A stretch of 42,207 nt of DNA from Christensenellales bacterium (GCA_050942555.1 JBMNNN010000001.1:1-42207), one strand, 5' to 3'. Positions 1 to 8,293 are shown, numbered from the stretch's first letter. Translations and numbers: made by a program. The notes: generated by a model from the sequence alone, not told the origin.

Positions 1-632
1 GCGACCGGATCGATGCCCTGCCAGAAGAGGTGGCTCGGATCGAAGTTCGCGCCGATGACGGGCCCGACTGCGTCGCGCAGCCGCACGAGCGTCTCGGGGC
101 TGTACACGCAGAAGCCCGGATGCATCTCGAGCGCGATGCGGCCGACGCCGTGGTCCTTCGCGAACGCTACTGTCTTTTTCCAGTAGGGGATGAGCACTTC
201 GTTCCACTGGTAGTCGAGTATCCGGGTGAAGTCGTCAGGCCACGGACAGGTTACCCAGTTCGGGGTCTTATCGGCTGGCGAACCGCCGGGGCAGCCCGAG
301 AAGGTCACGATCCGGTCGATGCCCAGCTTCTCAGCCAGCAGCACTGCCTGCTGGAAGTCCGATTCGAATCCCGCCGCGAACGCGGGGTCCGGGTGGACCG
401 GGTTCCCGTGCACCGACAGCGCCGCGATGCTCATGCCGTAACGATCGAACGTCTCCCGGAACGCGTCAAGCGCGGCCGCATCCGCGAGCAGTACGGCGGG
501 GTCGCAGTGCGCCTTCCCGGGGAATCCGCCGCATCCGATCTCGACCGTATCGATGCCCGAATCCTTAAGATACGACAGCGCCTTGTCCAGAGGCTGCCCG
601 CCCAGCAGTACGGTCAATACGCCCAGTTTCAT
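1..632 (-). CDS. sugar phosphate isomerase/epimerase (xylose-isomerase-like TIM barrel), 3' end outside window
   Basis: Absent from ORF track because it runs off the window. Reverse-strand ATG at 632-630 follows a GGGAGGA SD. Translation MKLGVLTVLLGGQPLDKALSYLKDSGIDTVEIGCGGFPG...IALEMHPGF...GANFDPSHLFWQGIDP resembles AP_endonuc_2/TIM-barrel sugar isomerases. Confidence 0.8.
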   Translation of the reverse strand, partial: MKLGVLTVLLGGQPLDKALSYLKDSGIDTVEIGCGGFPGKAHCDPAVLLADAAALDAFRETFDRYGMSIAALSVHGNPVHPDPAFAAGFESDFQQAVLLAEKLGIDRIVTFSGCPGGSPADKTPNWVTCPWPDDFTRILDYQWNEVLIPYWKKTVAFAKDHGVGRIALEMHPGFCVYSPETLVRLRDAVGPVIGANFDPSHLFWQGIDPV

Positions 633-713
633 AGGATGATCCTCCCTTTGCCGTTAATATCTCAGACTACATTTAGACGCCGTGACGCGATATTCCTGCC
701 CTGCGCCGCAAAA

Positions 714-1421
714 TCAGGGCAAATAGCGCTCCGCGATCATATAGACCTCGCCGTCCAGCACATAGAAGTCAAAAAGACGGGGGTTATCGCGGGGCGCGGC
801 TTTGGCCATGAGCTCGGCCTGCGTAATGGGCACGGCCCGGCTCTCCTCGATGCCGTAGAACGTCGACTCCGCGACGGGCAGCGTCCGGGTATCCGACAGG
901 GATTCGTTGCGTATGTAATCCTCATCCTCGGGACTGCCGTCGCTCAGCGTGACCGGATCGTAGGTGACATACAGCCTGCCCTCGTCGCCCAAGCTGACCG
1001 CCAGAAGCAGCCCCTGTTGAGGCAGCGCGCCCAGTCCCGTGACCCGGCCGCGGTCCACATCGTACTCGATCGCCTGAAGCCACGCTGTCAGCTCCTCCCG
1101 GATCGCGCTGGCCGCGCCGGCAGCCTGCTCCTTCGTCTCGTCGATCCACTCGCGCACCTTTTCATATCCCCTGAGAAACTCGCGCTGCTGCGAGAGAGCC
1201 CGCTGCTGGTCTTCGAGCTGCTGCTGCTGCCGCTCTACGGTTTCTTTGAGCTCCTCAACTTGCCCGGTCAGCTCCTGGCTGCGGTCCTCCAGCTCCGCAA
1301 CGCGCTGCGCGAGTATGGCCAGATCCTGCTGCGCGGCGCTGTAACTTCCCGGCGCGCTCTGGCACCCTGCCAGGGCGAACGCCGCACATACGGCCAGCAG
1401 AACAGGTATCGCACGCTTCAT
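714..1421 (-). CDS. coiled-coil lipoprotein, function unknown
   Basis: ORF 714..1430(-). Signal peptide plus lipobox (MKRAIPVLLAVCAAFALAG|C). Q/E/L-rich coiled-coil-like segment (AELEDRSQELTGQVEELKETVERQQQQLEDQQRALSQQ). SD GGAAGGAAGGA favours the ATG at 1421 over the upstream GTG at 1430. Confidence 0.7.
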   Translation of the reverse strand: MKRAIPVLLAVCAAFALAGCQSAPGSYSAAQQDLAILAQRVAELEDRSQELTGQVEELKETVERQQQQLEDQQRALSQQREFLRGYEKVREWIDETKEQAAGAASAIREELTAWLQAIEYDVDRGRVTGLGALPQQGLLLAVSLGDEGRLYVTYDPVTLSDGSPEDEDYIRNESLSDTRTLPVAESTFYGIEESRAVPITQAELMAKAAPRDNPRLFDFYVLDGEVYMIAERYLP

Positions 1422-1444
1422 TAGGATCACATCCTTCCTTCCGT

Positions 1445-1473
1445 ATTATACCATCGGGTTTGTATAAACGGAA
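1445..1473 (-). promoter_or_regulatory. putative sigma-A promoter of the lipoprotein gene (extended -10)
   Basis: On the minus strand: TTCCGT (1473-1468), 17 nt, then TGgTATAAT (-10 hexamer 1450-1445, TG at 1453-1452), about 25 nt upstream of the start codon. The -35 is weak and the extended -10 is perfect. Confidence 0.45.
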
Positions 1474-1668
1474 GATGCCCTGGAGTACAACTATGTATTA
1501 TCCCCGTCCTGCGGGGTATCACTTAATGAATGCCTTAAAAGTTAATGAAATTAGAATATTAGCCAATTTGAATGCCTGATGGCTGGCTTATCGGCCAAGA
1601 TTTACACTTTGTTCACACTATTACAATACATCTTTGCTAAAATACTAGCTTGTGAGGAGGGAGTTACT

Positions 1669-2616
1669 ATGATCAAAGTCGATAATGTGACAAAAAAATA
1701 CGGCGACAAATTTGCGGTAAAAGACGTCAGCTTCGAAGTCAAGGAGGGGGAGATCGTCGGATTTCTTGGCCGCAACGGCGCGGGTAAGACCACTACGATG
1801 AATATCATTACCGGCTACATTTCCTCCACGGCGGGCACCGCCCAGGTAGACGGGTATGATATTCTCAAGGACCCGCTGCAGGTCAAGAAACGGATCGGCT
1901 ATCTGCCCGAAAAGCCGCCCATCTACTTTAGCATGACCGTGAATGAATATCTGCGCTTCTGCTGCGATATCAAGGGTGTCGACCGCAAGAAGCAAAGCCC
2001 CCACATACAGGACATATGCGAACTGGTCGGCATCCCCCATATGCGCAAACGCCTCATTAAAAACCTGTCCAAGGGATACAAGCAGCGGGTTGGCCTGGCC
2101 CAGTCGCTGATCGGCAATCCCCCGGTGCTGATACTCGACGAGCCCACCGTGGGCCTTGACCCCCGGCAGATCATCGAGATCCGGCAGCTGATCAAGGACC
2201 TGGGGCGCAGCCATACGATTATACTCAGCTCCCATATCCTCCACGAGGTAGCCGACGTCTGCGAGCGCGTCATCATCATCGACAAGGGAAAGATCGTAGC
2301 CAAGGACACGCTTGAGAACCTGGCCCGCGACGTCAAGTCCATCACCCGCATGACGGTACGCGTTTCCGACGGAAACAACGACGTACGCAAAGCGATCCAC
2401 GACCTGCACGGCGTCAAGTATGTCGAAAGCATGGGCGTCAAGGAGATGGGCTCGGTGGATTACCTGATCGAATGCGAGAAGGACACCGACATCCGCCGGG
2501 AACTTTTTACCATGTTGTCCCGCATGGGCAAGCCCATACTGATGCTGCGCCCGATGGACGTAACGCTGGAAGACATTTTTCTCGAGGTCACGACCGAAGA
2601 CAAGGAGGTTTCCTGA
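1669..2616 (+). CDS. ABC transporter ATP-binding protein (ABC-2/GldA-like exporter ATPase)
   Basis: Walker A GRNGAGKTT, signature LSKGYKQR, Walker B LILDEPT, H-loop SSHIL. Start reset from 1579 to the ATG at 1669 (MIKVDNVTKKYG), which follows GGAGGGAG. Confidence 0.92.
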   Translation: MIKVDNVTKKYGDKFAVKDVSFEVKEGEIVGFLGRNGAGKTTTMNIITGYISSTAGTAQVDGYDILKDPLQVKKRIGYLPEKPPIYFSMTVNEYLRFCCDIKGVDRKKQSPHIQDICELVGIPHMRKRLIKNLSKGYKQRVGLAQSLIGNPPVLILDEPTVGLDPRQIIEIRQLIKDLGRSHTIILSSHILHEVADVCERVIIIDKGKIVAKDTLENLARDVKSITRMTVRVSDGNNDVRKAIHDLHGVKYVESMGVKEMGSVDYLIECEKDTDIRRELFTMLSRMGKPILMLRPMDVTLEDIFLEVTTEDKEVS

Positions 2617-2617
2617 C

Positions 2618-3328
2618 ATGCTGGCCATCTGGAAAAAGGAAGTGCAGGCCTATTACCTTTCCCCGATCGCATATGTATTCACCGGCGTTTTCATGCTGGT
2701 TTCGGGCCTGTTCTTCACGCTGTCCAATATACTTAGCTATAATGCATCCTTTATCGGGACACTCAGCAGCCTGACGTTCCTTTTCATGCTGGTGGTTCCG
2801 ATACTGACGATGCGGCTTTTGAGCGAGGAGCGCCTCCACAAGACCGACCAGTTGCTCTTAACCGCCCCGGTTTCACTGACCGCCGTGGTGGTGGGCAAGT
2901 ATCTGGCAGCCCTGACGGTGTTCGCGGTGACGCTGCTCGTAAGCGGCGTGTATCCGCTGGTACTTATGATATTCGGAAATCCCGCCGTGGGAGAGATCAT
3001 GACAGGGTATGTCGGGTTTTTCCTGCTGGGAGCTGCGATCATATCGGTGGGCGTATTCATGTCGTCGCTCACCGAAAGCCAGGTGACCGCTGCGGTCACC
3101 ACATTCGGCATACTGCTGTTCCTTCAGCTCATCGAGGCGATTGTGCCCTCGCTGGACGCCCCCTGGCTCATCACAGCGTTCCAGTGGATATCGATCTATT
3201 CTAGGTTCGAGACGTTCTCGATGGGACTGCTGTCTCTGGTGCCCAGCCTGTACTACATAAGCTTTGTGGCGGTGTTCCTGTTCCTGACCATCCGCGTCAT
3301 GGACAGAAGACGCTGGAGCGAGGAGTGA
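2618..3328 (+). CDS. ABC-2 family transporter permease (GldF/NosY-like)
   Basis: 236-aa polytopic hydrophobic protein about 6 TM segments long. Starts 1 nt after the ATPase stop, with an AAGGAGG SD. Typical ABC-2 partner position. Confidence 0.85.
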   Translation: MLAIWKKEVQAYYLSPIAYVFTGVFMLVSGLFFTLSNILSYNASFIGTLSSLTFLFMLVVPILTMRLLSEERLHKTDQLLLTAPVSLTAVVVGKYLAALTVFAVTLLVSGVYPLVLMIFGNPAVGEIMTGYVGFFLLGAAIISVGVFMSSLTESQVTAAVTTFGILLFLQLIEAIVPSLDAPWLITAFQWISIYSRFETFSMGLLSLVPSLYYISFVAVFLFLTIRVMDRRRWSEE

Positions 3329-3335
3329 TTTTGCT

Positions 3336-4820
3336 ATGAAGGATTCCGCGAAACAGTTTTCGTTAAAGAAAGTTTCAGCGTTCTTTAACCAGAAGAAGTT
3401 TAAATACGGCGGTTATTCGGTGGCGCTGACCGCGATCGTCATCGCGCTTATCGGGCTTGTGAACTTCGGCTTTACGCTGCTGGACCGCTACTACGACCTG
3501 AAGATCGACTACAGCCAGAACCAGACCTATTCGATATCGGTTCAGTCGCAGAGCGTTCTGGCAAAGCTCGACGAGGATATCACGATCTATACGCTCTACC
3601 CGGTAGGAAAAGAGGATGCCACGATCCGCGAAATAATTAATAAATACAAATCCTACTCGGACCATATCAGCGTCGTCAACATCGATCCCAACCGGAATCC
3701 GACGTTCGTCAACCAGTTTGCGGCAGAGAACGAGAGCATCCGGGAAGGCTACATCATCGTTTCGAACGCCGACCAGACCAAGTTCAGGGTGCTCGACAGG
3801 TACGACCAGTACAGCATAAAATACGACCAGTCGGGCTATGGGCAGTCCATAGATCAGGTGATCGTAGAGGGCTCCCTGACAAAGGCCGTCATGTATATCA
3901 CCGCCGACAAGCTGCAGCGGGCGCTCTTCCTGGAGGGGCACGGAGAACCCGCATATTCGGCTAGCATGGCGCTGCGCAACAGCCTGACCGACCAGAACTA
4001 CGAGGTGCTCTCGTATAATCCGCTTACCTCGGAGGAAACGCTGCAGCCCGGCGACATCGTGGTCGTGCTCGCGCCTGCATCGGACATCAACGACACCGAG
4101 CGCGAGATACTCAAGGCGCACATCACGCAGGGCGGCCGGTTCCTGTTCGCGTTCAACCCGAAGTACGGCTCGCTGCCCAACTTCGAGTCGCTGCTGGAGC
4201 TGTACGGCATCCGTCTCGGGAACGGCATCATCATCGAGGGCGACCGCTCGTTCTACGCGCTGCCGCAGCCGTATTACCTGCTGCCCGATATCCAGACGCA
4301 CGGCGCGACCCGGAACGCCGACAGCTCCGGGATACCCGTAATGATACCCGGATCGGGCGCAGTCTACCCGCCCGACGTACCGCCCTTAAGCAGCATCAGG
4401 ATCGAATCGCTGCTCAAAACATCGGGCTCGTCATGGCTGGAGGCGATCGATACCACCGATATCACGAAGAACGAGGACGACGAGACGGGGCCGTTTGACG
4501 TTGGATTGGCCGTTACGAAGACCGATTCGTACAACGAGGAGAACAATGTGCAGTTCATCGTGTTTAACAGCTCGGACTTCCTGCAGTACGCCGACCAGCT
4601 GACCACGTTCTCCAACGCGGACCTCATGGACGGGTGCATGCAGTGGCTCAGCGTCGAGTCCGAGACGATCTATGTCCGCGGCAAGGTTACCGACAAACCG
4701 ATGCTGTACTTCTCCAGCGCGTCCCAGATCTATACGGTCATCATACTCGCCTGGCCGGTGCTGTCGCTTATCATATTCGCGGCTGGCATCATCATCTACT
4801 TAAGGCGCAGGCATCTGTAA
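3336..4820 (+). CDS. GldG-like ABC-transport auxiliary protein (ABC_transp_aux family)
   Basis: 494 aa with an N-terminal TM (VALTAIVIALIGLVNFGFTLL) and a C-terminal TM (VIILAWPVLSLIIFAAGIIIYL) flanking a large soluble body. The segment ITIYTLYP...ISVVNIDPNRNP...GYIIVSN fits the GldG-type auxiliary domain. Lies directly after the ABC-2 permease. Confidence 0.78.
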   Translation: MKDSAKQFSLKKVSAFFNQKKFKYGGYSVALTAIVIALIGLVNFGFTLLDRYYDLKIDYSQNQTYSISVQSQSVLAKLDEDITIYTLYPVGKEDATIREIINKYKSYSDHISVVNIDPNRNPTFVNQFAAENESIREGYIIVSNADQTKFRVLDRYDQYSIKYDQSGYGQSIDQVIVEGSLTKAVMYITADKLQRALFLEGHGEPAYSASMALRNSLTDQNYEVLSYNPLTSEETLQPGDIVVVLAPASDINDTEREILKAHITQGGRFLFAFNPKYGSLPNFESLLELYGIRLGNGIIIEGDRSFYALPQPYYLLPDIQTHGATRNADSSGIPVMIPGSGAVYPPDVPPLSSIRIESLLKTSGSSWLEAIDTTDITKNEDDETGPFDVGLAVTKTDSYNEENNVQFIVFNSSDFLQYADQLTTFSNADLMDGCMQWLSVESETIYVRGKVTDKPMLYFSSASQIYTVIILAWPVLSLIIFAAGIIIYLRRRHL

Positions 4821-4832
4821 GGAGGCGCACAG

Positions 4833-6272
4833 ATGAAGATGGTTCGCAACCTGCTGATCCTGCTGGGCGCCGTGGCGGTGGCCCTGGCGGCCGTGCTCCT
4901 GCTCCCGCGCCTCGCGCCCCAGGAGGAGCCCATCCCGACGCTCGCGCCCACAACCCCGCCCGAGCACCTGCAGCTGAGCAATAAGAGAGCGGCCGACGTG
5001 TCCCGCATCACCATCGACAACGAAGACGGGCGCATGGTTTACTATTGGGACGCCGACGAAGAGCTCTGGAAGCTGGAAGGTCACGAGGACATCGAGATCG
5101 ACCAGTCCAAGGCCAAGGACGTGGCTTACACCGCCTCCTACATATCCGGCGAGAGCGTCATCATGGACGACCTGTCGAACCTGGCTGAATACGGGCTGGA
5201 CAAACCTGCGATTACCGTGGAGACTGAATTTCTGGATGGCACGTCGATCCGGTTCTATATCGGAAACCCGAGTCCTTCCAGGCAGACCAACTACGCCTAT
5301 ATGGAGGGCGGGACCCGCGTGGTGGACCTGTGGATGAACTACGCGCGGAATTTCCGCTACAAGCTCGAGGATCTCATCTCTGTCAACATGTTGGAGATGT
5401 CGATCGACAACATCGTAAAGGTCCGCCTGGAGCGCAGCGGCAGGGAGCCTCTAGAGGTCATCGACCGCAAGGGCACCGAACACGCCAGCCTGTTTTCCTG
5501 GTATGTGGCAGAGCCCTGGGAGCATCTGTGCGACACCGAGAAGATCAACAAGTTCCTACAGGATATCGTAGCGATCGAACCTGCGGCTGTGGCGAGCAGC
5601 AATCCGGGCAACCTGGCCGACTACGGGCTCGACGAGCCGTCGATGACGCTGTATGTGGAGAACTCCGATGGGGGCAGCTATACGCTCTACGTCGGCGACG
5701 CCGCCGACAGCTCCAATACCTATGTGGCGCTGGAGGGCGACCCGATGGTATACAAGATAGGCACAAATAAGCTTAAGGCCATCGATGTGAATCCCTTCGC
5801 GATAACCGACAAGCTGCTGTCGCTGATATTCGTATCCAATGTCGATGAGATGCATTTTTCCGGGCTGGGCGACCGGTTTGACGTGCAGATCCGGCAGGTG
5901 GAGCGCAAGGACGAGAAAGGGGAAACCAAACTCGACGCCAACGGAAAGCCCATCACCGACAGCGAGTACACGATGGACGGCAAGCCCATCAACGCGTCGG
6001 CCGGCTCCCAGCTCTATCAGGCCTGCCTGGGAGTAAGGCTGCACAGCCCGCTGTCCGAGGAATTCACGCCCGCGGGCGCGCCCGCCGCGACGCTGACATA
6101 CGATCTGAAACTGACCGGTATAAAGCGGTATGAGTTCAAGTTCTACGATTACAAGAAGGATTACTACGCTGTGTCCATCAACGGGGAGATCAACTTCATC
6201 GTGCTCAAGGAGGAAGTGCAAAATATCGTCACCGTCCTTGGCCAGGTGCGCAGCGGAGAGCTGGATAACTAA
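4833..6272 (+). CDS. DUF4340-type membrane-anchored protein
   Basis: 479 aa with an N-terminal TM (LLILLGAVAVALAAVLLL). Repeated modules end in the motif L(A)(E/D)YGLD(K/E)P...Y(I/V)G. This is the usual partner position after a GldG-like gene. AAGGAGG SD. Confidence 0.72.
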   Translation: MKMVRNLLILLGAVAVALAAVLLLPRLAPQEEPIPTLAPTTPPEHLQLSNKRAADVSRITIDNEDGRMVYYWDADEELWKLEGHEDIEIDQSKAKDVAYTASYISGESVIMDDLSNLAEYGLDKPAITVETEFLDGTSIRFYIGNPSPSRQTNYAYMEGGTRVVDLWMNYARNFRYKLEDLISVNMLEMSIDNIVKVRLERSGREPLEVIDRKGTEHASLFSWYVAEPWEHLCDTEKINKFLQDIVAIEPAAVASSNPGNLADYGLDEPSMTLYVENSDGGSYTLYVGDAADSSNTYVALEGDPMVYKIGTNKLKAIDVNPFAITDKLLSLIFVSNVDEMHFSGLGDRFDVQIRQVERKDEKGETKLDANGKPITDSEYTMDGKPINASAGSQLYQACLGVRLHSPLSEEFTPAGAPAATLTYDLKLTGIKRYEFKFYDYKKDYYAVSINGEINFIVLKEEVQNIVTVLGQVRSGELDN

Positions 6273-6291
6273 CGACAGGATCGTACCACAC

Positions 6292-6319
6292 GGACCGCCC
6301 GCCGGGCGGTCCTTTGTGT
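6292..6319 (+). terminator. rho-independent terminator of the ABC cassette
   Basis: GGACCGCCC (6292-6300), 3-nt loop, GGGCGGTCC (6304-6312), followed by TTTGTGT. Confidence 0.65.
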
Positions 6320-6450
6320 CTGCCGGTATAAAATGTGATGCTATATTAAACGGATTTATCCCGATTTGTGATCATGTTGCAATGGACGCGGTGGGCAGGC
6401 TGTGGTATCATGATAAAAAGCCGGGCGTGCGGGGAAAGGGGGAGTCTGGT

Positions 6451-7260
6451 TTGCAGTATGCGCTGCGGTTTGCATGGGTCGTGGTCAAGCTCCTGGGGCT
6501 TGGACTGCTCATAGTCGGCATGCTCGTAATGGCGTTCCTGTACGCGATGGACTCCGCCAATGTCTACCTGATCGCGACCGACGGCATGAAGGCGCGCGCC
6601 GGCGTGATACTGGGCCAGGAGGATTCGTCGACGCTGGGCAATTATTTTACCGGCGCGTTTCTGGCCGGAGACGAAATGCTCAGGCAGAAGCCCTATCAGG
6701 ACGCGATCATACGGAGCTTCACATACCATATCAATGTAAAATCCCTCTGGTGCCGGCCCTGGGACAGATGGGCGGAGCTGGAGATCATCGAGTCGATCCC
6801 CGAGATTGACGGCGAGCTGTCGGACGAAACAAAGAGCAAAGCCGCGCTTCCCGAGTGGCAGCGCACCCGCTACCGGGTCGTGTGCATCAGGCAGGACGGC
6901 CGGTGGTATATATCGGGGATGGAGCCCATCGAGCTCATGCCGCCCGAGGACACGCCGACCCCCGAGCCGGTCATCACGCCGTCGCCCACACCGCAGACAA
7001 CGGCGTCGCCCGAGCCCACGCCGACTTCGTCGGCGACGAGCGCTGCGCCGCCTACTCAGCCTCCCCGTACCGGCACCGTGGTCGTGGACCGGGGCAACGC
7101 GCTCAATGTCCGCAGCGGCCCGGGGACCGACTACGACAAGATCGGCGCGCTCAATAACGGCGAAACGGTCGTCATACTGGGCCAGGAGGGCACATGGATC
7201 ATGATCGACTACGAAGGACGGCAGGCATGGGTCTATTCCCGGTATATTCAGGAGAACTGA
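6451..7260 (+). CDS. membrane protein with Pro/Thr-rich linker and C-terminal SH3b domain
   Basis: TM helix VVVKLLGLGLLIVGMLVMAFLY, linker PEDTPTPEPVITPSPTPQTTASPEPTPTSS..., and C-terminal SH3_3-like GNALNVRSGPGTDYDKIGALNNGETVVILGQEGTWIMIDYEGRQAWVYSRYI. TTG start at 6451 lies 6 nt after AAGGGGGAG. The alternative ATG at 6382 has no SD. The ORF-track start at 6130 overlaps the previous gene and terminator. Confidence 0.68.
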   Translation: MQYALRFAWVVVKLLGLGLLIVGMLVMAFLYAMDSANVYLIATDGMKARAGVILGQEDSSTLGNYFTGAFLAGDEMLRQKPYQDAIIRSFTYHINVKSLWCRPWDRWAELEIIESIPEIDGELSDETKSKAALPEWQRTRYRVVCIRQDGRWYISGMEPIELMPPEDTPTPEPVITPSPTPQTTASPEPTPTSSATSAAPPTQPPRTGTVVVDRGNALNVRSGPGTDYDKIGALNNGETVVILGQEGTWIMIDYEGRQAWVYSRYIQEN

Positions 7261-7277
7261 CACGGACTGCCGAATGC

Positions 7278-7309
7278 ACGCGGGCGCATCGTATGCGCCC
7301 GCGTTTTTC
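7278..7309 (+). terminator. rho-independent terminator
   Basis: ACGCGGGCGCAT (7278-7289), 3-nt loop, ATGCGCCCGCGT (7293-7304), running into TTTTT. Confidence 0.7.
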
Positions 7310-7327
7310 GAAAAGGAGACATCGGCC

Positions 7328-8293
7328 ATGCGGATCGGAACCGTTGAGATAGGCGACGGCGCGCTGCTGGCGCCGATGGCCGGCATCACGGAAATGCCGT
7401 TCCGGGTGCTGTGCCGCAGGATGAGCGCAGCCCTCGTCTATACCGAAATGGTCAGCGCGAATAGCCTCCTTTATCGCTCCGCCGAGGCCGAAACGCTGCT
7501 GGATACAATCCCTGAAGAGCGCCCGGTGGCGGTGCAGCTATTCGGGGACGATCCCGCGCTCATGGCCGACATGGCCGCACGGTGGGGGGAAAGATTCGAC
7601 CTCATCGACCTTAACATGGGATGTCCCGCGCCCAAGATCGTAAAAGCCGGGCGCGGATGCGCACTGATGCGCAACCCCGCGCTGGCCGCACGGATCGCGC
7701 AGCGCGTATGCGCCGCCGCGGGAAAGCCGGTGACCGCGAAAATCCGGGCGGGCTGGGACGATACTTGCCGGAACGCCGTGGAAGTCGCCAGAAGGCTTGA
7801 GGACGCGGGGATCGCCGCCGTATGCGTACACGGCCGCACGCGCAGCCAGCAGTATTCGGGATCTGCCGACTGGAACGTCATCGCCCGCGTGAAGGAGACG
7901 CTTTCGATTCCTGTCATCGGCAGCGGGGATGTGGATTCGGGCCCGTCGGCGGCGCGCATGCTGCGCGAAACCGGCTGCGACGCGGTCATGGTTGGACGTG
8001 CGGCCCGGGGAAATCCGTGGGTGTTCGCGCAGATCGCGCACTATCTGCGCACCGGAGAGACGCTGCCCGAGCCGCCTGGCGCAGAGCGCCTGCGCGTTGC
8101 CATCGAGCACGGGCGCATGCTGGCTGCGCAGCAGGGCGAAGCGCTGGCGGCTCTGAAGATGCGCAGGCACATGGCCTGGTATCTGCACGGCGTGCGGGGC
8201 GCGGCGTCCTGCAGGCGGCGGCTGACGACGGCGAGCAGCCTTGCCGAAATGGAGGAGATACTCGCTGAATGCCTGGCCGCCGGAGAGTCGTAG
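7328..8293 (+). CDS. dusB: tRNA dihydrouridine synthase
   Basis: MRIGTVEIGDGALLAPMAGITEMPFRVL...DLNMGCPAPKIVK...AKIRAGWD...VHGRTRSQ are Dus-family FMN/TIM-barrel motifs. Start reset to the ATG at 7328 after AAGGAGA. Confidence 0.9.
   Translation: MRIGTVEIGDGALLAPMAGITEMPFRVLCRRMSAALVYTEMVSANSLLYRSAEAETLLDTIPEERPVAVQLFGDDPALMADMAARWGERFDLIDLNMGCPAPKIVKAGRGCALMRNPALAARIAQRVCAAAGKPVTAKIRAGWDDTCRNAVEVARRLEDAGIAAVCVHGRTRSQQYSGSADWNVIARVKETLSIPVIGSGDVDSGPSAARMLRETGCDAVMVGRAARGNPWVFAQIAHYLRTGETLPEPPGAERLRVAIEHGRMLAAQQGEALAALKMRRHMAWYLHGVRGAASCRRRLTTASSLAEMEEILAECLAAGES

Noticed and set aside
30-1424. 464-aa plus-strand ORF spanning the first 1.4 kb
   Set aside because: It runs antisense across two well-supported minus-strand genes, the TIM-barrel isomerase and the lipoprotein, and across their intergenic region. 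The translation is Arg/Ala/Gly/Leu-rich and low in complexity, with no SD. This is a typical stop-depleted antisense frame in GC-rich DNA.
1579-1668. N-terminal extensions proposed by the ORF track (for example 1579 for the ABC ATPase; likewise 6130, 7274, 22856, 27360, 33360, 35713, 38211, 38864, 40241)
   Set aside because: The extensions overlap upstream genes or terminators and lack SD sequences. Internal ATG, GTG or TTG codons with AGGAGG-type SDs give N-termini matching the known families.
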